Below, piece after piece: positions 8,936 through 17,462 of a DNA stretch of 27,931 nt (positions are counted from its first letter, which is position 1; every line of letters starts with the position of its first letter). A program made the translations under genes and the position numbers. The notes under the pieces are model-generated. The model was not told the DNA's origin and searched no databases. It saw nothing but the letters and a program-made list of their open reading frames with translations. The DNA is from K189A clade bacterium (GTDB lineage Bacteria; Pseudomonadota; Gammaproteobacteria; Pseudomonadales; Azotimanducaceae), in assembly GCA_007571095.1 (NCBI GenBank), contig RKSB01000122.1, positions 1 to 27,931 on the forward strand, written 5' to 3'.

Positions 8936-9880
8936 TCAGCGGATAAGCTTCTTGCGCCAGAGTTTGAACAGAAAGCCCCACAGAAAAAGCCATGGCCATT
9001 TGTACACTCGACGGGGAATTTCAATCGGTTCACCACTGTGTCGCCCGATCTTGTAAGCCATATAGTCAAGGGCGTTATCGAAGGTAAAGACAGCCTTACC
9101 CAGCCTCAACAGGGAGAGCCACTTGCCGAGAAAGGCTCGAAGGCTCCATCGAACTTGCGATCTGATTCTGCTTGCAGGCTTCAGCATGCGATACCGGTCA
9201 GCGGACACTTTCTCCACTTTCTCGGGAATACTTTCAAGAAAGCTTTGGCCGGCAGCTGAAAAGTAGCTTTCGGATTGTCCGATCAGTTGGGTTACTCGTG
9301 CCTCCTTCTCAGGCCTCAGTTCGGCTCTGTAGCTGTATAACAGGGACTTGTGCCAGAGGTCGAGCGGGCTGAAAGTGGCTTCCATCAGCCCGAGCCCTTC
9401 GTTCAGCAGCCGACTGGTGGCGTCTGCCAGCATTTGATGAATACGGGCCATGTCTTCGGGTTTTTTGAGCCTTGCCAAAGCAACCGGCTGGGCCATTCGG
9501 CCGAAGATATGGCTGTGAAACCATTGGCGAGAACCGGCTTCCAGCTGCTGCATTGAAATGACAGCATACTTGCACCGAAACAGCCCGTCCGGTAGCTCCA
9601 GCTGACGAAAAAAGACATTCGGCGGCAACAGCCGCCCGACCAGCCTCAGGAGCTTTTTGTTGCTCCAGATACGGTCATAGCTTGAGACTATGACAAAAAA
9701 GTCCGCTATTCCGTCAACGACTTCCTCTTGCCACAGGCAGGAGCCATAAAACAAAACGGCTACCAGATCGTCTTCATAGTCTTTACAGACATCTTCCGCC
9801 AGTGCTCGAAGAGGCGCGACTATTCGGCCACTGGCTTCGAGCAAAGCCTGCTGTCGGAATTGGAACAGGTTGCGAGCCAT
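8936..9880 (-). CDS. Tam41/Mmp37-like phosphatidate cytidylyltransferase-fold nucleotidyltransferase
   Basis: Pol-beta-type NTase signature LFYGS...ADFFVIV, plus KYAV and GRMAQPV, which resemble Tam41 KYGV and GRLQKPV. Confidence 0.65.
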   Translation of the reverse strand: MARNLFQFRQQALLEASGRIVAPLRALAEDVCKDYEDDLVAVLFYGSCLWQEEVVDGIADFFVIVSSYDRIWSNKKLLRLVGRLLPPNVFFRQLELPDGLFRCKYAVISMQQLEAGSRQWFHSHIFGRMAQPVALARLKKPEDMARIHQMLADATSRLLNEGLGLMEATFSPLDLWHKSLLYSYRAELRPEKEARVTQLIGQSESYFSAAGQSFLESIPEKVEKVSADRYRMLKPASRIRSQVRWSLRAFLGKWLSLLRLGKAVFTFDNALDYMAYKIGRHSGEPIEIPRRVYKWPWLFLWGFLFKLWRKKLIR

Positions 9881-9886
9881 TCTGTG

Positions 9887-10828
9887 TCAAGTCAGCTTGA
9901 GAAACCCCAGAGGGCGGCTGCTGGATACCCTGACACCCTTTTCGGTGGTGCCAATCTCGCCGTCTATCACAAAATCTCCTGAAAACCCGAAGTGTGCATT
10001 TACAAAGGAGGTACTGTGGTAGTGCTCGGAGTTGGCCATCCATTTCGGTATTCGGTTGACCAGAATGGCCGTCAGGGCGGCCAACAGCTTTGGCGGCTGT
10101 TCGCCTATTTCTGTGTAGTAGATGGCTCCTCCTTCGGACCAGTGGTAGCGAAGACGAAAAAGCATTCTGTCCAGCGTGCTGGCTGCTATCACGCTACAGT
10201 TCAGCTGACGGGCGGGTCGGCCGTCCAGAATGACCTCGACAGGCAGGCCGCCGCCGGCGGTTCCTCTCAACATTCGGCCCAACAGCTTGAGGCCGCTCAG
10301 CATGCCGGCCCATTCCTGCCCGAGCCGAATAGCCTTGTCCTTGTTTTCGAAGTTGCGGACGGCTTCAGTGGTTACGCCTATGGCGAATACAAAACCAAAA
10401 CGGTCAGGCATACCGGTTGCCTCAATGCGCAACAGGCTGCGCCGTCGAACGGGCCAGGTGTTCGCTGGTCGAGCCGTTATCGCCTGAAGTCGGAAAAGAG
10501 ATCGCTCGGCACTCAGAAAGCCGTGCAGGTCGAGTGCCGACAGGTTGGTTGAACCAAAAGGCAGCAGGGCGATCATCGGCAAAGGGGAGTCCTCCTGCTG
10601 TTGAGACAACAGGGCGGTCAACACCGTGTGAACAGTGCCGTCACCGCCCGCAATGACCAGCAGTCGGTCGGCATCTGTGCTCAGTTTCGGCAACAGGCTG
10701 GTGAGTTCCTCTGCATGCGTGGTTTCGTGGTAGCCACTCGTCGCCAGCTTTTGCAGTGCCTTCCTGTGTCTGTTTCGGTATTTCCGCCCCTTTCCGCTGG
10801 CCGGGTTGACGATGCATTGAATCTTCAA
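9887..10828 (-). CDS. Diacylglycerol/sphingosine kinase family lipid kinase (candidate ceramide kinase)
   Basis: IVNPASG, IAGGDGT, LLPFGSTN and C-terminal IDGE motifs. Probable TTG start at 10828; the ORF-track extension to 11032 overlaps the divergent gene. Confidence 0.85.
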   Translation of the reverse strand: MKIQCIVNPASGKGRKYRNRHRKALQKLATSGYHETTHAEELTSLLPKLSTDADRLLVIAGGDGTVHTVLTALLSQQQEDSPLPMIALLPFGSTNLSALDLHGFLSAERSLFRLQAITARPANTWPVRRRSLLRIEATGMPDRFGFVFAIGVTTEAVRNFENKDKAIRLGQEWAGMLSGLKLLGRMLRGTAGGGLPVEVILDGRPARQLNCSVIAASTLDRMLFRLRYHWSEGGAIYYTEIGEQPPKLLAALTAILVNRIPKWMANSEHYHSTSFVNAHFGFSGDFVIDGEIGTTEKGVRVSSSRPLGFLKLT

Positions 10829-10861
10829 TGTGCTGAAATGTTTTCGCCGATCACCGCTTTC

Positions 10862-10867
10862 ATTATA
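10862..10867 (-). promoter_or_regulatory. Possible sigma70 -10 box for the kinase operon
   Basis: Perfect TATAAT on the minus strand ~35 bp upstream of the kinase start; no properly spaced -35 box seen. Confidence 0.3.
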
Positions 10868-10994
10868 TGCCCGCCCGGCATGAACAAGAGCTTTCGACGG
10901 TATTCTGGCGGTATCATTGATGCTTGTTCGGCCAGCATATAGACTCAAGTACCTCAGCGTCGAATGAAGCATGCCGAATGGAGAAAGAGTCCGA

Positions 10995-12002
10995 ATGAAC
11001 ACCGGCACAGCAAACCAGCCATTTCGGTTCACACATATTTCTGATCTTCATCTGACGAATCCGAAGGCTGCCCTGAAAAGCCTCTGGATGATTTGCAACA
11101 AGAGAGTGCTGGGCTATCTTTCCTGGCAATACAGACGTCGATTTCTTCATAGCCCCAGCGTCCTTGAAACGGTTGCCCGAGCAGCCTGTTCGGACGGCGA
11201 TCATCTGGTAATTACGGGTGATTTGACTCAAATAGGCCTGCCGGAAGAGTATCGACAGACTTGTCAGTGGCTGTCCCGACTGGGTTCGCCGGCCAACATT
11301 TCGGTTATTCCCGGCAATCACGATGCCTACGCCGGTTCATCCTGGCGAGAGTGCATTCAGTCGTGGAAACCGCACATGTCGGATCGAATGCCTGAGCAGC
11401 AAGACCAGCCTTTGTGGCCCTTTGTCAGGCTTCGAGGTCCGGTTGCATTCATCGGCGTGTCGAGTGCCGTGCCGTCTCCTCCTTTTTTTGCTTCCGGTCG
11501 AGTAGGGCAGGACCAACTGCAAAGACTCGAACAAATGCTCGCCGACCATCAGTCTCGGTTTCGCGTTCTGCTGATTCACCATTCGCCTGTTGCCGGCCAT
11601 GATTCTTTCAGAAAAAGGCTCTTTCAGCGGTCGTCTCTGGTCAGGATTTTGCAGGCCAGAGGCGTCGAGATGGTGTTGCACGGCCACAACCACAGGCCCT
11701 GCTGGAACGAATTGAAAACCGCTTCCGGCTACATTCCGGTGATAGGTGTGCCGGCTGCTTCGGCTGCGGAGTCAGGTCCCGACGAGGCTTCGTTGAGCCG
11801 GCGAGGGAGCTACTATGCCTACCAGGTCGCCCAAACCGACGAAGGCTGGTGTCTGGAAGTGACTGCACACCGGCTGAATGCCGAAGGGACGGCGATGGAT
11901 CTTGTCTGGTGCAGACGTTACGGTCGCCTGCCGGCCTTGTCGATTAACTCCTGGATCATCTCCCAGTCGGCCAGGCTGTCTACATCGACGGCCGCCAGTT
12001 GA
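10995..12002 (+). CDS. Calcineurin-like metallophosphoesterase (CpdA/Icc-like)
   Basis: All five motifs present: ISDLH, TGDLT, PGNHD, LIHH, LHGHNH. Confidence 0.9.
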   Translation: MNTGTANQPFRFTHISDLHLTNPKAALKSLWMICNKRVLGYLSWQYRRRFLHSPSVLETVARAACSDGDHLVITGDLTQIGLPEEYRQTCQWLSRLGSPANISVIPGNHDAYAGSSWRECIQSWKPHMSDRMPEQQDQPLWPFVRLRGPVAFIGVSSAVPSPPFFASGRVGQDQLQRLEQMLADHQSRFRVLLIHHSPVAGHDSFRKRLFQRSSLVRILQARGVEMVLHGHNHRPCWNELKTASGYIPVIGVPAASAAESGPDEASLSRRGSYYAYQVAQTDEGWCLEVTAHRLNAEGTAMDLVWCRRYGRLPALSINSWIISQSARLSTSTAAS

Positions 12003-12700
12003 TCGGGAATCAGGATCGGCTTGACTCGACAGCCTGTATAGCGGGATGCTCCCGTAAAAATATCCTGTAGCGAAGACCGGCCCATAGCAAACTTCAGCAA
12101 CGGCCACCAGCCTATGGCCGAGACGATTCGTAATGGCCTTTTTCGGTGCTGCTGAATTTCCCCCCATTTGTTTACCGCCTGAAGTGCCTCCGGTGTCATC
12201 AGGGCGAACAGGTTGCAGCTGCTGTAATCGCCATCGGTGCAACGATAGGAGGTTCGATTGCAGGCGATAGACGGATTTGCCTTTTTGTCGAGCCTGACCA
12301 TTCCGACGGTGCAATCGGCATCGCTTGCCAGAGACGAATTGCGAAAAGTGTCTACCCAGTCTCTCTGCAACAACGCAGAGTCGCCGGTGGTCACCAGTAG
12401 CGGCGACTCCAGCCCCAGCCTGTCAATGCCTTTGGCGACACTTGACGGCAGGGATTTTTCACCCTCTATCCAGATTGAATCGGGCAGCTGCTCAAAGTCC
12501 TTGTGTCGTCTGAGCAGGTGAATATTGCCGATGATCCTGATTCGAGACAACCACGGCAGGCTTTCCAGTGTGTCATACACTCTTCGCAGCATGGATTTGT
12601 CGCCGATCTGTGCAAGGGCTTTGGTGGCCACCTGAGCCCGCACGGCAACCGCATCCTGAGCCGTTCTCCTGCCGGCGAGTATCAGTGCGTTCCAGGTCAT
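11918..12700 (-). CDS. MobA-like NTP transferase (nucleotidyltransferase), 260 aa
   Basis: ALILAGRR at the N-terminus, KAL..IGDKSML, LLVTTGD, C-terminal DVDSLAD. ATG 12700 overlaps the upstream TGA (ATGA), indicating translational coupling. Confidence 0.8.
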   Translation of the reverse strand: MTWNALILAGRRTAQDAVAVRAQVATKALAQIGDKSMLRRVYDTLESLPWLSRIRIIGNIHLLRRHKDFEQLPDSIWIEGEKSLPSSVAKGIDRLGLESPLLVTTGDSALLQRDWVDTFRNSSLASDADCTVGMVRLDKKANPSIACNRTSYRCTDGDYSSCNLFALMTPEALQAVNKWGEIQQHRKRPLRIVSAIGWWPLLKFAMGRSSLQDIFTGASRYTGCRVKPILIPDQLAAVDVDSLADWEMIQELIDKAGRRP

Positions 12701-13890
12701 TGGCGAGACTCGGGTTGCAGTAGTTTTCGATACATTCGATAAGTCTTGTGTACTCTGCCGTTCGTCATCTTTACAGCGGACGAGCCTGCCTGGCGATTGC
12801 TCTTCAGTATCCAGGACATTTCGACACTGTGCATACGTCTTTGTCGGGCGTGCATGAAGATCGCCGAAAGCAACGCCTGAATTGCATGGGTACCGAGTGG
12901 AGTTTTGTGAAACTTTTTTCTGATACCCATCAGCGGCAGGCGACCCGTTTGAATAGCATTGGTGCCGAGGCACCAGAGCAGTTTCAGCCACCCCAGCGGC
13001 AACAGCCGACTCTTCAATTTATGCAGGACCTCGTTGAGATTGGGAACCAGCATCGCAAAGCCGACCGCTTCGGATTCGTATTCGGCGATTTGAATCAACT
13101 CCGCCTTGCCCAGCAGACGTACCTTTTGAAGGTTTTCCCTGAGTTCTTTTTCGCCGAAGGGTACAAATCCCCAGTTTTCGCTCCATGCATCGTCAAAGAT
13201 GCCCTTTATTGTTCGATTTTCGTCGGCCAGCCGGCTGTAGTTGATTGGGCGTACAACCAGATTCTCGTGCCTGTATCCAGACCTTCTGTTGAATACTGCG
13301 AGCATTCGTTTTTTGGACTCTTCCAGCCTTTTCAGGGCGAGTTCGGTTTCAGCGATAAAGGCCAGTGCTTCGGCGGCGGTTTCGTAGCCACAGGCCTCAA
13401 CTCTGGGAGCAAACCAGGGAGCTGTGTGTGGAGTCATCAGGTAAGGAGGAGACTCAAAACCTTCCACCAGCAGTCCGATCTCCTGATTGATATTCAGGTT
13501 CATGGGCCCGACAATCTCCTTTATGCCTCGCTCTGCCAGCCAGGACTCAGCCGTTTTCAGCAAAACCCTGAAGGTTTCCTGATTGTCTTCGGCTTCAAGT
13601 AGCCCGAAGTAGCCGCGATTTCTGTTTTGGCTCTTTTCCAGGTCGTCAATCTGTGCAGAAATTCTGCCGACCGGACATCCGCCCCTGTAAGCGATCCAGG
13701 CCTGCCATCGACCGTGTTCGAAAAAGGGATTTCGTCTGGAAAAAGCCAGCCACCTTTCCCAGTAGAGCCTGGGTACCCAGTGAGGATCGTTAAGGTAGAA
13801 CTGACCTGCAAGCTGAATGAAAACCTTGCGATGTGCCGAGTTTGATACCGCCTGAATGGCAACTTCTGACTCCGGTATCGGATGAATCAT
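12697..13890 (-). CDS. bcerS: GNAT-fold N-acyltransferase, bacterial ceramide synthase (bCerS)/YghO family
   Basis: Y..DPHWVP, NPFF, GRISAQID, GYFG, GPMNLNINQEIGLLVEGF, FDDAWSENWGFVP, EMSWIL and KTYRMY are typical of this family; genomic context agrees. Confidence 0.75.
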   Translation of the reverse strand: MIHPIPESEVAIQAVSNSAHRKVFIQLAGQFYLNDPHWVPRLYWERWLAFSRRNPFFEHGRWQAWIAYRGGCPVGRISAQIDDLEKSQNRNRGYFGLLEAEDNQETFRVLLKTAESWLAERGIKEIVGPMNLNINQEIGLLVEGFESPPYLMTPHTAPWFAPRVEACGYETAAEALAFIAETELALKRLEESKKRMLAVFNRRSGYRHENLVVRPINYSRLADENRTIKGIFDDAWSENWGFVPFGEKELRENLQKVRLLGKAELIQIAEYESEAVGFAMLVPNLNEVLHKLKSRLLPLGWLKLLWCLGTNAIQTGRLPLMGIRKKFHKTPLGTHAIQALLSAIFMHARQRRMHSVEMSWILKSNRQAGSSAVKMTNGRVHKTYRMYRKLLQPESRQ

Positions 13891-14386
13891 GCTCAAGGTT
13901 TTTTTGCATAAGGCACCAGGAAGGGCCTACTCCGGCCATTTATAACAGTTTTTGCCTGTTTCCGCCTGAAAAAAACCTGCCCGAACCGACAATAGCCCGC
14001 TTTTGCTTCTCAAGAATTCTGATTGGATCCTTGCCACAGTTTGTTTGATGACTCAGGGCAAAGGGTTTCCGAAGAATCTGTTTGTCGAGTCGCTGGCGGA
14101 ACCTTCCACTCAAAAAATTCGCAGAACAGACTCGCTCCTGAGCAAATACCTAACAAAATATGGAATATTTAAGAAACTATTGAGAAATTATTTTGATGTG
14201 CTAAAATATCTGCTGAAATTCGCACCCTCCTGCCGAAGAAATTCTCTGAAAATACAGGGATAATTGAAAGTTAGCAGAAGCAGGTTATAGGAAGGCTGCA
14301 GGAGGAAGGTCCTGCGGAAATAAAGAATCAGGAAGCAAGAGATTACAGAAAGCAACGGAGAAGTTTTGAGTTTTGGAGGTGAAGCT

Positions 14387-14449
14387 ATGCCCGGCCAATT
14401 CGGCGACACTTCAGTGTTTTTTTGTGGCAGGTCTTGCTTCTCCTGTTAA
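14387..14449 (+). CDS. Possible 20-aa small ORF (MPGQFGDTSVFFCGRSCFSC)
   Basis: Strong SD GGAGGTG at 14375-14381, 5 nt before ATG; no homology evidence. Confidence 0.25.
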   Translation: MPGQFGDTSVFFCGRSCFSC

Positions 14450-14463
14450 TTAACGGCTATAAT
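14434..14463 (+). promoter_or_regulatory. Putative sigma70 promoter for the acyl-AMP ligase/reductase operon
   Basis: TTGCTT (14434-14439)-N18-TATAAT (14458-14463), ~140 bp upstream of ATG 14604. Confidence 0.55.
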
Positions 14464-14603
14464 TGCAGGATTAATCTCTTGAATGGGGGATTGACCTGAG
14501 GAAATCCTCGGTGAAGGCCGCCTCAACGAAAGTGGGCTGAGGGGTCTTGACCGGAGTATTCTGACTGCTACGCCGAGTGGCAGCAGTTCGGGGGCAAAGA
14601 ACA

Positions 14604-16433
14604 ATGACAAGTCGAACGAGTATAGACGACGACGGATTGAACAATTCCGAAGGGCTGGCCCCCTTGCATCTCGATGATGCGAGTACAAAGCCAGAATTGC
14701 TGGTTCCAACACCCACTCTGAGTGGCATACCTCTTCGTCTCGGCGGCTTCAAAACCCTGTCCGAAGCACTCGACTATGCGGCCGAAGGCGAGGCCGGTTT
14801 CAACTTCTACAATGGTCGGCACGGTGCACTCAGCGACGTGCTCAGCTACAAGAAGATCAGGACCGAAGCCCTGTCAGTAGCCCGCAAGATGAGAGCCTTT
14901 GACCTGCCTCGCGGAAGCAGGGTCGCCATCATCGCCGACACCAAGCCCGAATTTGTCATCTTCTTTATGGCCTGCCAGTACGTGGGGCTGATACCCGTCC
15001 CGTTGCCTGCCGCCGTCAACTTTAACGGACGAGAAGCCTTCATCTATCAGACGAGGCTGTTTGTGCAGGATTGTGAAGCCAAAATCTGCCTCGCCTCAGA
15101 CGAATTCGTCAAGTATCTGGCCGAGGCCTGCGTCGGCCTCAAGCTGGCCTTTCAAGGTGCCTGCCGAGACTTCTATGACCTGCCTGAAGACCCGAGGCCA
15201 CTGGAACCCACCAGTCCAAAGGAAAACGCTTATATCCAGTACACCTCAGGTAGCACAAATTTTCCAAGGGGAGTGATTATAGAGTCGGGTTCTGCGATGT
15301 CCAATCTGTCCAGAATTCTACAAGACGGAATTCAGGTGAGGGTTCCGGATCGTTGTTTTTCCTGGTTGCCTTTCTATCACGACATGGGCTTGGTGGGCAA
15401 AATGATGTCAACGCTGGTCGGGCAGGGCAGCATTGACTGCCTCGACAATCGGAAATTTGCCATTCGTCCAAACATCTGGCTCAAGCTGATGAGCGAAAAC
15501 AAATCGACCATCTCTTTCAGCCCGCCTTTTGGCTACGAGCTTTGTCTGCGCCGACTGCACCCGGAACAGGCTGAACAGTACGATCTGTCGCACTGGCGTA
15601 TAGCGGGTGTAGGTGCTGAGATGATTCGAAGCTCGATACTGAATCGCTTTGCCGAAGCTCTGGAGCCGGCAGGCTTTAGAAAGGAAGCCTTCACACCCTG
15701 TTATGGCATGGCCGAAAGTTCGGTTGCGGTGACCTTCTCGAAGCTTGGCAAGGTGTTTGATACCGACAGCATAGACCGTGAAAAGAGTGCTACCGAGGGA
15801 ATGGCTGTTCAGGGCCCTGCCGAGGATGCAGGTACTCGAACTTTTGTTGCCTGCGGATACCCGCTGCCCGATCACGAGATTCAAATTCGGGACGCCGACC
15901 ATCGCCCCTTGTCGGCCCGCCACATAGGCAGGGTTTTTGTTCGAGGTCCCAGCATTATGTCGGGGTACCTCAACAAGCCTGAATTGACCAGTGAGGTTTT
16001 GGTCGACGGTTGGCTGGATACGGGTGATCTTGGTTACTGTACCGAGGATGGTCAGCTGTTCATAGTCGGTCGTGGCAAGGACATGATCATCATCAACGGT
16101 CGCAACATCTGGCCACAGGATCTGGAGTATACCGCCGAGGCTCAGCCGAGTGTCCGCTCAGGGGACGCTCTGGCCTTTGGCTTGTCTGACAACGGCGAAG
16201 ATTCGGAAAAGGCGGTTATTGTTATCCAGACTCGAGAGAAGGATGCAGAAAAACGTCAGAACCTGATCCGGTCGATCAAGCAAACAATCTTTGAGCACTC
16301 GGGTATTCAGTGTCACGTCAAGCTTGTACCCGCTCACACTCTGCCTCGAACCTCTTCCGGCAAGCTGTCTCGCTCAAAGGCTCGCTTCAATTTCATTCAG
16401 TCTAACGACGGTGCCGAAGTAGCAAACGGCTAA
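14604..16433 (+). CDS. Fatty acyl-AMP ligase / acyl-ACP synthetase (FAAL)
   Basis: YIQYTSGST, SWLPFYHDMGL, CYGMAE followed by a FAAL-type insertion, DTGDLG, GRGKDMIIINGRNIWPQDLE, PRTSSGK. Alternative GTG start at 14577. Confidence 0.9.
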   Translation: MTSRTSIDDDGLNNSEGLAPLHLDDASTKPELLVPTPTLSGIPLRLGGFKTLSEALDYAAEGEAGFNFYNGRHGALSDVLSYKKIRTEALSVARKMRAFDLPRGSRVAIIADTKPEFVIFFMACQYVGLIPVPLPAAVNFNGREAFIYQTRLFVQDCEAKICLASDEFVKYLAEACVGLKLAFQGACRDFYDLPEDPRPLEPTSPKENAYIQYTSGSTNFPRGVIIESGSAMSNLSRILQDGIQVRVPDRCFSWLPFYHDMGLVGKMMSTLVGQGSIDCLDNRKFAIRPNIWLKLMSENKSTISFSPPFGYELCLRRLHPEQAEQYDLSHWRIAGVGAEMIRSSILNRFAEALEPAGFRKEAFTPCYGMAESSVAVTFSKLGKVFDTDSIDREKSATEGMAVQGPAEDAGTRTFVACGYPLPDHEIQIRDADHRPLSARHIGRVFVRGPSIMSGYLNKPELTSEVLVDGWLDTGDLGYCTEDGQLFIVGRGKDMIIINGRNIWPQDLEYTAEAQPSVRSGDALAFGLSDNGEDSEKAVIVIQTREKDAEKRQNLIRSIKQTIFEHSGIQCHVKLVPAHTLPRTSSGKLSRSKARFNFIQSNDGAEVANG

Positions 16434-16538
16434 AGGCTGTCCGCCGCTTCCTGACAACGGCGTGAGCCTTCGCAAGCTCCTTTTTCGAGACGACTTCCTG
16501 CTTGTTGTCCGAAGTTCTTTTCTGTTTGCGGTTTTTTC

Positions 16539-17462
16539 GTGCAGCCTCGCCTGACGGTTGCCGTTACCGGTGCTACGGGATTCATAGGTCGCCACCTGAT
16601 TGCGGCACTTTCGGCGGCTGAATATCGAGTCAAGGCTCTGACTCGTCATCGCCGTCCGCCTGATTTACCAGTAGAGTGGGTTCGGGGCGACCTTGGCCAG
16701 CCGACCAGCCTGATGCAACTGGTTGAGGGCACCGATTACGTGATCCATTGCGCAGGCCAGGTTCGAGGCCTGCTTTACCGGCATTTTGCCGAGACCAATG
16801 TCGCCGGTTGCCGAAATCTGGTGCAGGCTGTCTCTCAATGCTCTTTCCGGCCTTGCCTGCTGATGATCTCCAGTCTGGCCGCCCGGTCTCCGGAATTGTC
16901 TGCCTATGCCGCCAGCAAGCGCGACGGAGAAGTTTTTTTGCAGAAGGCGACCGATCTGAACTGGACGATTTTTCGGCCAACCGCAGTCTATGGCTCCGGT
17001 GACTCCGAGCTAATGCCTCTGTTTAACGCCGTTGCCCGAGGTCTGATTCCCCGAATTCGACACGATGGCAGGCTCTCTCTGCTTTATGTTGAGGATCTGG
17101 TGGCTGCAATCACGGCCTGGTTGTGTTCTCCACAACAGGCTTTCGGTAAAATTTACGAGCTTTCTGATGGCCGATGCAATGGCTATAGCCTGGATGAAAT
17201 CATTGCCCTCATTCTGCGACTCAAGCAACCTGTTCGAGTGCCTGTTCCTCTGCCCAAAAACCTGTTGCTGGGAGTGGCCAGAGTAAACGCTGCTCTGGCC
17301 TCTGTTGTCGGTTACTCGCCCATGCTGACACCGGGCAAGCTTCGGGAAATGTGGCATCCAGACTGGACTTGTTCTTCCGATGGCGGTTCGGATTTTGGCT
17401 GGTCGCCCGAGTATCAGCTTGAGAAGGGCCTGAGTGCCGCCTGGTCGAACGAGTCGTCCTGA
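16539..17462 (+). CDS. NAD(P)-dependent epimerase/reductase (extended SDR); ceramide reductase CerR-like by context
   Basis: TGATGFIG Rossmann motif, ISSLAA, YAASK (YxxxK), RPTAVYG. The family call is strong; the CerR assignment is contextual. Confidence 0.8.
   Translation: MQPRLTVAVTGATGFIGRHLIAALSAAEYRVKALTRHRRPPDLPVEWVRGDLGQPTSLMQLVEGTDYVIHCAGQVRGLLYRHFAETNVAGCRNLVQAVSQCSFRPCLLMISSLAARSPELSAYAASKRDGEVFLQKATDLNWTIFRPTAVYGSGDSELMPLFNAVARGLIPRIRHDGRLSLLYVEDLVAAITAWLCSPQQAFGKIYELSDGRCNGYSLDEIIALILRLKQPVRVPVPLPKNLLLGVARVNAALASVVGYSPMLTPGKLREMWHPDWTCSSDGGSDFGWSPEYQLEKGLSAAWSNESS

Noticed and set aside
10829-11032. N-terminal extension of the kinase to 11032
   Set aside because: Overlaps the divergent phosphoesterase start; the kinase domain begins at LKIQCIVNPASG.
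12701-12991. 97-aa N-terminal extension of the NTP transferase
   Set aside because: Lies inside the bCerS-like gene in another frame; the ATGA coupling at 12697-12700 gives the natural start.
14098-14126. Possible sigmaE promoter (GGAACCTT) in the lipid-island control region
   Set aside because: No acceptable -10 element at 16-17 bp spacing.
14003-14263. 86-aa ORF containing DSL, considered as the missing ACP
   Set aside because: Basic rather than acidic, no ACP-like GxDSL helix context, and lies in the AT-rich spacer; probably spurious.
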